DNA of 64,000 nucleotides from Haliotis rubra. Its lineage: Eukaryota. Position numbers and translations under genes: made by a program. Positions 52,601-63,767 of this stretch are shown in pieces; the stretch's first letter is position 1, and each line of letters starts with the position of its first letter. The notes under the pieces are model-generated. The model worked only from the letters and a program-made list of their open reading frames with translations, was not told the origin of the DNA and did no database searches. The DNA is taken from positions 620,001 to 684,000 of the forward strand of contig NW_025767734.1 in NCBI RefSeq assembly GCF_003918875.1, read 5' to 3'.

Positions 52601-53469
52601 ATATCTAAAGCCTAAATATCATTTTAATCCTACATCCAGTAAATTTATTGAATTGATGTCCTCTGAATATAAAAGAGCACTTTTACCTTAATCAAAATTT
52701 GTAATTTTGGCATTTATATGATTTAAACATCATTCATCACAAACCTGATGGGTAAGAGTTCCGCCCGAAATGTATTTTATTTATTAGGATTATTTCGCGG
52801 GTTTAGGGTTAGGTTTAGTCTTTTTATAAAAACCATAGGCCTATGTTCTTTATGTGATTTAAACATCATTCATCACAAACCTGATGGGTAAGAGTTCCGC
52901 CCGAAATGTATTCTATTTATTAGGATTATTTCGCGGGTTTAGGGTTAGGTTTAGTCTTTTTATAAAAACCATAGGCCTATGTTCTTAGGCATAGAAAATG
53001 GGTAATGGGCGGAAATCGTTCCGTTCTGTGGGCCAATGGACTGAAACTTCATGAAATATACACATTACTTGTAGCCTCTGTGATACAGACGACAATGGAA
53101 GAATGCTTCAACAAAATACACATTTTCATTGCATGATGGTAGGAACTTTAAGACCGATTTGGTAAAAATTGACAATGCAGCACCCTGGTCCCCACTAACT
53201 AAAATAATAGTTTCACCTATTGCCTCAGTATCCACAAGCAAGGAAATATTTCTTGTCTCACCGGCTTCGCCATGTTGAATTCAGCATGGAGAACCAGTGC
53301 CCCAAATTTCGTGAACGTAATTTAACGTGTTTAGCGGCAAAGACACATTAAATATGCATACCAAAGTGGCAGAACTCTAGACTTAATTTCTATCCTCAAC
53401 TCACCTTTGGCGATCAGGTTTAACATCCTGATCTCTCTCAGTGTATCCTTCGTTGTCGAAATCTGCCAT
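43624..53469 (-). CDS. MYEF2: hnRNP M / myelin expression factor 2 family 3-RRM RNA-binding protein, 12 exons, 639 aa
   Basis: Exons 53469-53405, 48816-48635, 48371-48311, 48086-47993, 47252-46947, 46709-46556, 45876-45781, 45580-45509, 44952-44276, 44114-44063, 43920-43822, 43685-43624; phases consistent (1920 nt). RRM1 ISNIPYEMKWQDIKDLF, RRM2 VFVANLDYKVTWRKLKDVF..GKSRGMGTVEF..EAVQAISMFNGQ, LPPGLKSIGMGLG, GM-rich linkers, RRM3 VKNLPYSFSWQ. Probable co-ortholog of MYEF2 and HNRNPM. Confidence 0.92.
43686..43821 (-). other. U12-type (minor spliceosome) GT-AG intron in RRM3
   Basis: 5' splice site GTATCCTT; branch point TTCCTTGAC followed by CCTCTTCCCAG. Confidence 0.88.
45096..45227. repeat. 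~130-bp imperfect palindrome in intron 8
   Basis: CTGGTAGTCTGGGCCACAGACTTTGTGTACCCCTCTG..GTAAATGGCAT pairs with ATGCCAATTTAC..CAGAGGGGTATACAAAGTCCATGGTCCACACTACCAG. Confidence 0.85.
45877..46555 (-). other. U12-type (minor spliceosome) GT-AG intron in RRM2
   Basis: 5' splice site GTATCCTT; branch point TTCCCTTAAC followed by TATGTGAG, with no polypyrimidine tract. Confidence 0.92.
46017..46180 (+). mobile_element. tRNA-derived SINE, family A, inside the U12 intron
   Basis: Full consensus match; diverged TSD ACTACATCTGCAGA / ACTACACATGCAGA. Confidence 0.88.
47359..47681. mobile_element. MITE flanked by TA
   Basis: TIR CTGGCAAACAAG(A/G)ATAAGTTG at both ends. Confidence 0.75.
48906..49237. 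mobile_element. MITE with CAGGGCTCCAGATAA termini
   Basis: 15-bp perfect TIR; same terminal type as the 25312 and 36689 elements; TSD unclear. Confidence 0.75.
50163..51716. mobile_element. Foldback-type element with long (>350 bp) diverged TIRs, abutting a truncated SINE A (50090-50162)
   Basis: GTGGCATGTGGAAACAT / ATGTTTCCACGTGCCAC; TTTGCCAAGAGTAATCCTGC / GCAGGATTACTCTTGGCAAA; GGAAGTGACATATTGTGCAACTTCAC / GTGAAGTTGCACAATATGTCACTTCC. Confidence 0.8.
52030..52715 (+). mobile_element. RTEX-like LINE 3' fragment
   Basis: MDNERIPKQTYKML..SWVTNIKNVLFQYGFGYVW..ALSRFRCSCHTLMIE, then degenerate RLC..C..IENEYH. Confidence 0.75.
52718..52986. repeat. ~136-bp tandem duplication with telomere-like GGGTTTAGGGTTAGG motif
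   Basis: Two near-identical copies starting near 52718 and 52854. Confidence 0.9.
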
Positions 53470-53769
53470 TTTAAGTTAGCCTCGTTTGGATTCGACAGTT
53501 TCCGCCTGCCTTCAGATAATCTCGTTAACCAGTACATGTATGTACTCTCCAAGCACCTCGGATTGCAACGTTGACATCAACTGCTGAATGACCACAACAT
53601 GACAATCAAAGAAGTGAAATATGGAGAATTAGATACGGCAGAAAAAAAATCTTTCAACTGAATAAATGTTCTGTCATGTTAATAACTGTCGGGTTTACTA
53701 AACTTTACACACCATAAAAGGAGCCAAATGTCGCATTAAACTTGTTGTTATTCTGCAAACAATTATTAA

Positions 53770-54133
53770 GGGACCGTTCATAATTTATGGCTAGTGGGGG
53801 TGATGATGATTTCTGTTTTCTTTTTTTTCTCTTTCTTTTTTTGGGGGGGGTGTCACCCATTTTGTTCTGGGGACGCATGGGGGTCAGTAATTTTGTACAC
53901 CTGTACTAGGGGTGGTCAGCAATTTTGTACATAGATCTAGGAATATTGAAAAAATGTGCTTAAACATTATGGGAAGGGAGGTGGGGTCATTGATTTTGTA
54001 CAAGACATGCAGGGCGGGGTCACTTACTTTGTACATAAATTTTAGCGGGGGGCGTCATTCACATTGTACATGCTTCTCCATGAAAATCATCTTCCCCCCC
54101 TTCTCCCCCTAGGCATAAATTATGTAGGTCCCT
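53770..54133. mobile_element. Harbinger-like MITE
   Basis: TAA|GGGACCGTTCATAATTTATG ... CATAAATTATGTAGGTCCC|TAA with G-run interior. Confidence 0.7.
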
Positions 54134-55325
54134 AAAGGAAGTGTATCAATGCACAAATGTAACTGCGAATACTCTTTTCACTCTCATGTAAAGTAAAATA
54201 GCTTCATTTTTGTTTTTGCTGAAATTAATATAATTTCAGCAAACACAAAAATAAAATAAAGGGATAACATGATGGGAACGGAAATTACTCTGCTGTTACA
54301 ACGTCGACTTCCTTCAACTACTGCAAAATTTGCAACTTGTGCTTTTGGAAAATTGCATTGTTTGAAATCAGTTGAATTACTATGGAGGTCAGTACTGGCT
54401 CAACTCGAAACACACATGGCTGAACAGTGCATGCATCGAAGGCTGCTGTTTTCACACAAGCTATCATTCCTTGCACACAAAGCAATGTTCACTTGCTTGA
54501 CAACGACATTAGAACATATGTCGAAACGTCGCTTCCACAGAATCTTGACAACGACATTAGAACCTATGTCGAAACGTCGCCTCCACAGAATAAAAGAAGT
54601 TGTATATCCATAATAATTGTCATTACTCTTCATCAACTCAACTTCTAAAATGCCCATCAAAGAAATTCCCTGAGCTCTATTATCAGTACCCATAGTAGAG
54701 AACTATGACATTGAGCTTGCTTTTAAGGACTGCTTCATTGAGGATGTCGACAACCTGGGTTGTGGGGCTGAAGGTGAAGATAATAATGTTGTCTTTATAT
54801 GAATAAAAATAAACGCAATCCATAATTACTTGTGGTCATATATGTACACAAAACTGAGTATCTCAAATGATTGTTGGCATGTAAATCGAAATATATGATC
54901 GTTAACCTCGTGTTCTCGTCGGGATGTGTGTAAAAGCAAAAATTAACGATCAAATAATGCAAAAGAACTATTGGTAAACAATTGGCCAAAACAAAAATAC
55001 CTAAAATTCTCAAAATCAGGTTTTCTACCCTTGCTTACTTTAAGTTACATTGATAACATTTAAATATTGTTGTGGTGAAATATTTTAACAGTTAAAGTTT
55101 TTTAAAAGGAGATTTTAATAAAATAAAATATAATCCAGATTCACGATTAATAGTCGGCGACATTTAATAATAACTAGATATTTCTATAGCGTTAGTATCC
55201 AGTTTAGTAACTGCACAGAAGCGCCTTTTGGAGCCTGCACAAAACCTGCAAATGGTTAGCAATATGTTTCAGTGAAAACGTCGGTTTTCAACTTTGACTG
55301 AAAAGTAACTAGTTCTGTGGTTGCG

Positions 55326-55418
55326 AAGCCCATTTCTGGTGTCCCCGCCGTGATGTTGCTGGAATAGTGCTAAAAGCGGCGTAAAACCAAACTCACTCAC
55401 TCACTCACTCACTCACTC
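55326..55418 (+). mobile_element. 5'-truncated SINE, family A
   Basis: GAAGCCCATTTCTGGTGTCCCC..GCGGCGTAAAACC followed by (ACTC)n. Confidence 0.85.
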
Positions 55419-58200
55419 AGTTTTGTGGTGGATCTGATCTTCTGTGGAAGGCTGTTCCAGAGAACGGGGGCTGCTCTGAAGAAGCCGCGGTTGCCAAAGC
55501 GTGTTTTGCTGGGTGTTGGAATACGGAGTAGATGTTGTCCCCCTGATCTCTGGGCTTTGGGTGCCTCATATTGTAGATAGGGTGGTGCCAGTCCCTGCGT
55601 CGCCTTGAACACTAGTACCAGAATCTTGTACTTGATTCTCTCTGCTACCTTGAAATTCTTTTAGGCTGTGCTAACACGCTGGTTCTTTCTTGTCTTGGTC
55701 ACGAGTCGGGCGGCTGCATTTTGACATCGCTGAAGCTTGTTGGTGAGGTGTTTCAGGATACCGTACAGCAATGCATTGCAGTAATCCATATGCGACAACA
55801 CACAGGACTGGACTAGAGTGGCAGCAGTCTTTACATTCAGAAATCTTCTTACTTGACTGATGTTTTTGATGTTACAGAGTGCCGTTTTACAGACTTATAA
55901 AACATGAGATCCTGCGCTTAGAGATGAGTCAAAGACAAAACCGAGGTTGCGTGCTTTGTCACTTGGAGGAATAACACACTCTTCAATCATGAGGTCTAGA
56001 AGGGTTAACTTGCTTCTGAGAGACTATAGAACAGATGACGGGATATTTTAAATGCTAGATAAAGCTGAGTGTCATCAGCGTAATTGTGGAATGACAGATG
56101 ATGTACCCTTGCAATGTCTCGAAGAGGGGTTGTGTAAATGGTGAAAAGAATGGGTCCCAGCACAGAGCCTTGAGCGACGCCACGCGTTAGAGGAACCTTG
56201 CTGGAAATACTATCTCTGATCTTCGCTGACTGGAATCTTCCAGAGAGATAGGATAGGAGCCAACCAAAGGCACTGTCTTTGACGCCGAGTCTATGCTGGA
56301 GAGTGTTCTATGAGAGTGGACTGGGGCTCCTTTCACGAAGCAACCTTTACTAAGGTTAACCTTAACTCCCATTCTTTAACACTGCACTAAGGTTACCTTA
56401 GTGACTTACGATCACCTTAGTGCTTTGTGAAGGGAGGCCAAGGTCAATGGTATCGAACGCTGCTGAGAGGTCGAGTAGCACTAGGATGGCGGACCCTCTG
56501 AGTTCACTGATTGCAGTATGTCGTTTTGTACACAGGCAAGTGTCGTCTCTGTACTATGGCGACATCGATATGCCGACTGTAGAACCTCTGTACACCTGTT
56601 TCTCATGATATGTTCAGTGAGCCTGGCTGCGACAATCCTCTCAAGGACCTTTGAAACAAAAGATAAATTTGAGACGGGTCTATAACTTTTGAAAACATCA
56701 GAGTCAAGGTGAGGCTTCTTGACCATTGGTTTGATCAGAGCAAACTTCATTGCACTCGGAACAGTTGGAGCGATTCATTGACCATTTGTGTAATCATGGG
56801 AACAACTTCATCAACGCACTCCACCAAGAGCCATGTTGGAATAGGATCCAGTGAGCATGATTTTGAGGGACTCTTCATGATTACTCGTCTGACTTCATTG
56901 TCAGTGGTAGCTTGACAGTTCAACATCTCTTCTAGTGCTTGGACATTATCAATGATGTGGTCGTTTTGGGAGGCTGATGCTGCCGATAGTTCAAGATACT
57001 CACGTATAGTGCTGATCTTTGCTGAGAAGAATTCATAGAAAGAAGTAACCAAGTTCTCATCTGAGTATTCACTTGGAAGTGTCTGGCTTGAATAGGAGTC
57101 TATTTGAAATCCGATAGACGTCTTTTGATCTTGAGCATTCTCGATAATGTTGGCAAAGTAGTTCCTCCTAGCTTGTTCAAATAGAGCTGTGACTTCATTA
57201 CGTGCCGAGGAATGCATCTGGTTGTGAATGTTCAAGCCAGTGGATCGCATCTGCCTCTCAAGCTTTCGACGAAATCGCTTGGCTGTTCAAATTTCTTCAT
57301 TATACCATGCTTCCCTGGTATAAATGGTTACCGTACGGATAGATACTGGAGCGTGCCTTCAACAATATCACGAATATTCTTTTCGCAATGTTCATAGCAT
57401 TCACCAGGATCTGAACAATGGAGGTTTTCAACAACACTCTTAAGATCAGATTTGAACTCTGTCAAATCGATTTTTTTTACATTTTCGAAACCATATTTGG
57501 CATCTTGGTCTCTTGGGCACACTGAAACTGGCAGTAGCTATGAAAGCATAGTGATCAGACACAACAGAATGATCCATGCGCGCATTTCTGATATCCAGTT
57601 TATTGTTTCTTGTGATTACAAGATCCAAGGTGTGATTTTGACATGGTTTGGTTCACCAACATGCTGAACTAATCTATACGCTTCAAGGAGTTCCAAGAAT
57701 CTGGCTGTGTCGAGCTGTCTTCTGTCTGTCTGTCTTCTGAATGTTAAAATCCCCACAGATAAGGAGCTTCCCCTCTGTCATACTGAATTATTCTAGGAGA
57801 GAGCTGAAGTCAGCAATGAAAGCATCCGCTTTCTTGTTTGTCTTCAGAGAGTGAGATTCTTCCTGGAGGTCTGTACACACCAGAGATAATCATAGTTTGG
57901 TCGTCAGATTGTAACTTGGCAGAGAGCATTTCAAAAGAGTTGTAGGTATGTTGTGGTTTTATTAGAGAGCCTTAGATGAGATTATGGCTACACCTCCGCC
58001 CCTCCGCTTGGTTCTGGGTGCATGGGTACATCTGTATCCTGTGGGTGTCATCTTGGAGATAACAAGGCTATCAGTATCCCCTTCCCGCAACCATGTCTCT
58101 GGGATTATAAGAACATCAAGTTTGTTGTCCTGAATAAGGTCTCTGATGGATTCAGCTTTGTCCATTGCTGGCGTGTGAGTTTTCACCGACCTTAAAACAC
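55419..58200 (-). mobile_element. Decayed L2/CR1-group LINE ORF2 (APE and RT)
   Basis: LDVLIIPETWL..APRTKRRGGGVAI (APE), SDHY, KSCSLDPIPTWLL, YRPVSNLSFVSKVLERIV, HSTET, GVAQGSVLGP, YADDT, C-terminal APVLWNSLP; many frameshifts; insertion at ~56188-56439 containing a small TIR element. Confidence 0.9.
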
Positions 58201-58369
58201 TAAATCTAGTTTGCTTTGTTTTTACGGTTGTTGAGGTTTTGTGTTTTTATAGCATATATTTGAAGCATTTAATTTTGAATTTGTTTTGAACTCGTGTTAC
58301 ATACTTAGTTGAATTAGAATAATGAATTTCTTTCACGAAAAAACAGCGTAAAACGAGTTGAATTAGAAT

Positions 58370-58502
58370 GGGGATAACTGTACTGTGTTTGACGAATTGG
58401 GGACGTATACAGGTGGTTATACAGCCGCTTACGCGTCACCGATATAACTATATAACCACCGGTATACGTCACCAATTCGTCAAACACAGTACAGTTATCC
58501 CC
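58370..58502. mobile_element. 133-bp hairpin MITE
   Basis: ~52-bp near-perfect inverted arms GGGGATAACTGTACTGTGTTTGACGAATTGG..GGTGGTTATA. Confidence 0.85.
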
Positions 58503-59499
58503 TAAATTTCCCGTTAAATGTACCACCGATGACGTTATGTACAATGAAGACCTGGCGTCACTTCCGGTAACGACGTCTGATGACGTCGTTATGGAATGAC
58601 TTTCGGTTAATATCTCGTCCACTCACACTCTCCTACTCAGAGTTCCATGCGACCAGTTAAGTTATCACTGCGCAGGAATGTGGTCCATGCAGTGAAGACC
58701 AAATCTTATCCCTGATTGGATATAACCTGCTTCCAATATTTCAGTTGTAGTCTACCATTTGAGACATTCGACACAGGCTTATAAGCACCACAACAGTCAA
58801 CCTCAGGCCTAAGTTCAATGTAAACACATTCTCGCTGTTATCTTCATCTCTCAAGGTATCTCGTCAAGTCAAAACATTGATTACACAACAGTCTCGTTTC
58901 CTTCTGACTGGGTTCCGTCCTATTGCGCAACTTAGTACAATAACCAGTCCAGAATTTTGTGACCACCTCATTCAACTGGATATATAAATATTAATCAATA
59001 TTATTTGATACATCTAAGCACTTGTATATTGCAACACTACGCTCCTTCTAATCATTACAAACACGCCGTGCAGCGTGCTCTGTCGTACACGGAACAGGGT
59101 GCTCTGACAAACGGGAATGTGGAAATCCTGGAAATCTCAAAACGAGGCTCGGTCGCTAGAAAAGTTTGGGGGTCTGGTACGGACTTGATATTATATCAAT
59201 CACATTGTACGTTACAAAAATGCACTTAATAAGCGCAAAGAACACATGACAGGAGTAACCAGTGAGCCAGATGAGTTGTGAATTTTGTACGACCTCTTCA
59301 AACAGGGGCAGTCTGTGACGTCTTGTTAACGACATGCCGCCTACACCTAGACATAAAATATAGAAATACGATTTTATTAACCTTTTAAATGAACATTATT
59401 TTGTATATACCATTAACAAGGAATTGGAACTGAGTGTAACCAGAGTTGTTTGTAGTGTCTCTTTTCACTTTCACACGAGAAAAGTCGGATCAGCTGAAA

Positions 59500-61400
59500 A
59501 GTAGGTCATTGTCTGAATTGGTTATTGAGACTCATGTTTCGGTTTGTCATAATGACAACACGCTAGGCGAGAGACCATATAATAAAAAATTATATGGTCT
59601 CTGGTTTGGTATATAGGCTGCGCAAGCATGATTTATCGATTTGGGCAAAATAGCATTCTCCGGTAAGACACAGTCCAAAGTAGGAGCCAGAGTAGGGAAG
59701 TGGGAAGTTAATAATTCCAGAGGTCCCATTGATGAATTGACAAATCTTGGTAAGGAACTCCGGTAAGGCTCTTACTATGACTCTGGATTAAACTTTCAAG
59801 AATGCAACCGATCGTCCACCCAAATCACGCAATTCTGAAATTTGTGATGCTGTAGCCAGTGCCATAAGGAAGGCGGTCTTCCAAGCAAGATGAGACAATG
59901 CTGCTTATTTCATAGGTTCAAATCGACGATGAAAAATTTCTGATAATACAACTGACAAATCCCACTTCGTAGTTATGCGTTGACTTCGGATATCCTCTAG
60001 TTCAAAGGATCGTAACATGCTTGTAAGAACTGGATCTTTCCCATATGTACCCGGTTAAGTAAGAGTAAGAACAGATGCTAATGCAGAGCAATAAACGTCA
60101 TGGGTTCCACACAACAGATGTAGATCTTTTCTGAGATGTAGCAAAATATCTGCAATCATCGGCTCCGTTATAGAGACATTGGTTGTTCCTGATCTGATTC
60201 GCCACTGCTGGAATTGGTCCCATTGATAGTCATATAAAGCGGATGTTGAAGCCCTACTGACTGTGCATCAGTTGGGCAAATTCCCTTCTCACGCGAGGTG
60301 TCGCTGGATAGTTTCCATACGTGTAGCTGCAGATTATCCAGATTGCGACGGAACCTGCATGACCTTGGTTGTCTGAGAAGCGTTCGGCAATGATGAAGAC
60401 GTAATGGTTGGTCTACAAGTAGAGATAGTAGATCTGGGAACCACCAGAAAGATCGTCATGTGATGGTTCCTGATCTTGGCTAGGACTTGTGGAATGGACG
60501 CTGTTGGTGAAAAGGAGTAACCAATCACAAGTTTGCATAAGCTTGTGGATTTGGGCCTGAACTGATCAAAGTCTGCGACTGATTGCTGAGGGATGTTGCA
60601 AACAGATATATATGAGGTTGTTCCCATTTAAGTGCTCTCGTAAGTTCATGAGCACTTGATAATGGGTTCCTCCGACTCTATTGATATAGGCAACTGCAGT
60701 GGCGTTGTCCATGGCAACTAGAAAGGAGGAATTCCTGAGGATTGGAGCCCAGTGCCGTATGGCTAATAATATTGCTGCCGTCTCATGTGAAATGTGAAAT
60801 GGTGATTCTCCTAGAGACCTGATTCCCTCTTGTCTTCTAGATGAGCTCCCCATCCTGTCAGTGAAGCATCTGTGAAGAGATGACGATCTGGCAAAAACAT
60901 CCTGATTCTGAATATATTCCCATGTATGACGTTGTTAGGTTCTCCCACCATGCAAGGTCATTGAACACAAGATGACAGAGGCTTGCTGTTTCCCTCGATG
61001 CAATTCTGAATGAATCTTAGATGCAGTCTGCGTCTTAATATAACATCCTGCGTAAATGTAAGAGTTCCTAATAGCAACATCCATTGCAGAGTGTGTGGAG
61101 AATGTTGGAACTTCGATATCCTGGCTCTGACCTCCTAATGTCCTTGATTCATAACTTGCTCTTGATCTAGGTACGCCTGCATAGGGATAAAGTCGTGAAC
61201 CATGACTTGTTCGCTGAGCCTCTGCCGGTGTAAGTGTACAAGGTTGTGCTGCAGATTCAAGTTGTGGTCCCCAGGTGAAGTTTGTGCTGCAAAGTCAAAG
61301 TCATGGTTGATGGCTAAGTCACTGGTATTCCTCTGTAGGCGAAACTTGTGGGCAGTGGTCACATTGGGAAGCACAGTAACATGGCGTGGTTAAACATTCC
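59500..61400 (-). mobile_element. Second, heavily decayed DIRS-type retrotransposon
   Basis: On the - strand: LFTDASLTGWG, AMDNATAVAYINRVGGT (RNase H), YSFSP..IPQVLAKIR (MT-like), WDLSVV..KTAFLMALATAS.ISELR (YR); termini not identified. Confidence 0.8.
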
Positions 61401-61807
61401 CATCATTACACATGGGGGTCTTGTGGATCATTTAGTACCCGAAAGGAAGGCTGAGATACATTTGCTGCATTAGATTTACCCATATTGATATCAAAATGGA
61501 AAAGAATAACCTGGAAAAATGAGTAAATTATAACAGAGAACAAGTAAACATACGCGTTCATGTGTGCCATAGGAAGAATTATTAAGTTCCTGCGCTTACG
61601 TTAGGGGAGATAACGCCCACGGATTGGGTTTGGGAAGACTATTTGGAAGAAAGACGACACAAGACAAAAATTATATTTCAGTTGACCCTGAACAGAAGTA
61701 AAATTCATGAATTAAGGCAATCAAGTGTCAGAGCGTCGTATTCCTAAGAATTGTGTAATAGTACTGACATTGAAACTAACACTGTGTGGTGGCTATGTGT
61801 TGTTACG

Positions 61808-63042
61808 TGAGTGAGTGAGTGAGTGAGCGAGTTTGGTGTTACGCCACTTTAGCAATATTCCAGCAATATCACGGCAGGGGACACCAGAAATGGGCTTGAC
61901 ACGTTGTACCACTCAGAGGGACCAAAACACTTTCATGTTTTTTGAAGTGGTTATGGTCTCTACATATAAAAATGTATGATGGCCATGACGGTTTGGTAGC
62001 TCAGACTCAGAACGAGGCTAAATCCATGATGGCCGCCAAAAAACCCAAAATGTTCAAAAAATGTCAATTCCAAGCTTTAGTCATGACTGACTGACTGACT
62101 GAGTTTAGTCATGCTTAACACATTGTGCCCATGTGGGGAATCGAAGCTTCAGCAAACTGGTTGGAAATCAGCAAATTGGTTGGAAATGAGAAAAGGGGGG
62201 TAAAATGGTGCTAACATGATTAAACAGATTTAATTAATATCAAGTTGTGTTACTTGATACCTTTAAATCATATTTTGTGCTGGTTTTGTAAGAGTGAAAA
62301 TTGTAAGTTCAAAGAACGTTTTCAAAAACTTATCATTTAATTTATTCTGAAGACAGGTCTTTAATTTCAAGTTCCTTAATTTGTGTTGTGATAGAGTGAG
62401 AGCTCCTTCAAGTTCCTTAATTTGAGTAGTGATAGTCACTGTTCCGCATCATAAACATCAGCTTCATCAGTGTCACTCTTCGGCATGTCATGGTCCATTG
62501 GTAAGGCACTGACTATCACCACACAAATTAAGGAACTTGAAGGCGCTCTCACTCTTATAAATCGAAGACCTGTCTTCAGAATGAGAATGAATTAAATGAA
62601 GTTTTTGGAAACGTTCTTTGAACTTACAATTTTGACTCTTACAAAATCGGGAAAAAATATGATTTAAAGGTATCAAATGACAAAACTTAATATCAATTAA
62701 ATCCTTTTAATCATGTTGGCAGCATTTTACCTCCTTTTTTTCATATCCAACCTATTTGCTGAACTTTACTCATGACTAAAGCATGGAATTGACATTTTCT
62801 GAAAATGTTGGTGTTTCTTGCGGCCATCTTGGATTTAGCCTAGTTCTGAGTCTGAGCTACCAACTTGAGATGTCCATCATACATTTTTTATATGTAGAGA
62901 CATAAAGGAATATAAAAAACACTAAAACTTTTGTTCCCTCTGGTACCAACATGTCAATTTTCAGCTCCTGGCTCATGGCCTATATGGGGAATCAAGGCCA
63001 GGTCTTTGGTTTGACAAGCAAACGCTTAAACCACTGGGCTAC
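61808..63042 (-). mobile_element. SINE A split by a foldback insertion
   Basis: Tail half at 61808-61911; head half at ~62983-63042. Confidence 0.7.
61915..62942. mobile_element. ~1-kb almost fully palindromic foldback element
   Basis: CAGAGGGA / TCCCTCTG termini; arms match over ~450 bp (GGTAGCTCAGACTCAGAAC / GTTCTGAGTCTGAGCTACC; GTAAGTTCAAAGAACGTTT / AAACGTTCTTTGAACTTAC). Confidence 0.88.
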
Positions 63043-63161
63043 TGTGTTGTTTAGAAATTAACACATAACAGGTTGCGATCAGTGCAACACGAACTGTAAA
63101 TTTCATACAATATTGACATGGAGAGATATAATGGTTCTGATAAAATGTATTGTAAGCTTTA

Positions 63162-63561
63162 AAGTGGCCTTCACATGGCAAACTAAAGTTTGACAACACA
63201 TGTTGTCAAACTCGAGGTTGAGAGTGAAGATTCCAACAAATCGCCACCAACACCAATTTCAGAGTTGTCAAACTGTTGTTAAGAAGTAGGATCGGTCTCT
63301 ATTCTCACCAGCTTGCCATAAAACTTTGGTGTTGTCAAACTCAAGTTTGACGTGTGAAGTGTTGTCAAACGTGTGTTGTTTAGGAACAACTCATCGCAGT
63401 CAACGAAATTGTCACGTGATGTTTTGGTCGTCTGGTCAACTCTACCTACAAAATGGCATCGCTCAAATGACATGAAAGTTTGACGTGTGAAAAAGTGTGT
63501 TTGACAAATTTTAAAATTTTAACATGTTTTCAAACTTTAGTTTGCCGTTTGAAGGCTGCTT
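63162..63561. mobile_element. Harbinger-like MITE
   Basis: GCCTTCACATGGCAAACTAAAGTTTGA / TCAAACTTTAGTTTGCCGTTTGAAGGC; internal GTTGTCAAAC repeats. Confidence 0.8.
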
Positions 63562-63767
63562 AATATTTAAATATGCTTTTGATCCATACTTTTGATCCCA
63601 ATTGTCAATATGTAGCTATTAATCATGTCTACATTGTATGTGGGATGATGCCCTAAAAAAAAGAAATATATTCTATCATGTTCTTCAGCAAGTGAACATG
63701 CTAAGTAAGAGAATTGTGTTAATATACATACATGCTAATGTTGACACAAGGTAGGTTTAGGAAACAG

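Noticed and set aside
53331-53552. 73-aa ORF as the first coding exon
   Set aside because: The ATG at 53469 in another frame has the phase that joins exon 2.
54269-54693. Short ORFs with a 48-bp duplication
   Set aside because: No recognisable domain or splice structure; probably decayed repeat sequence.
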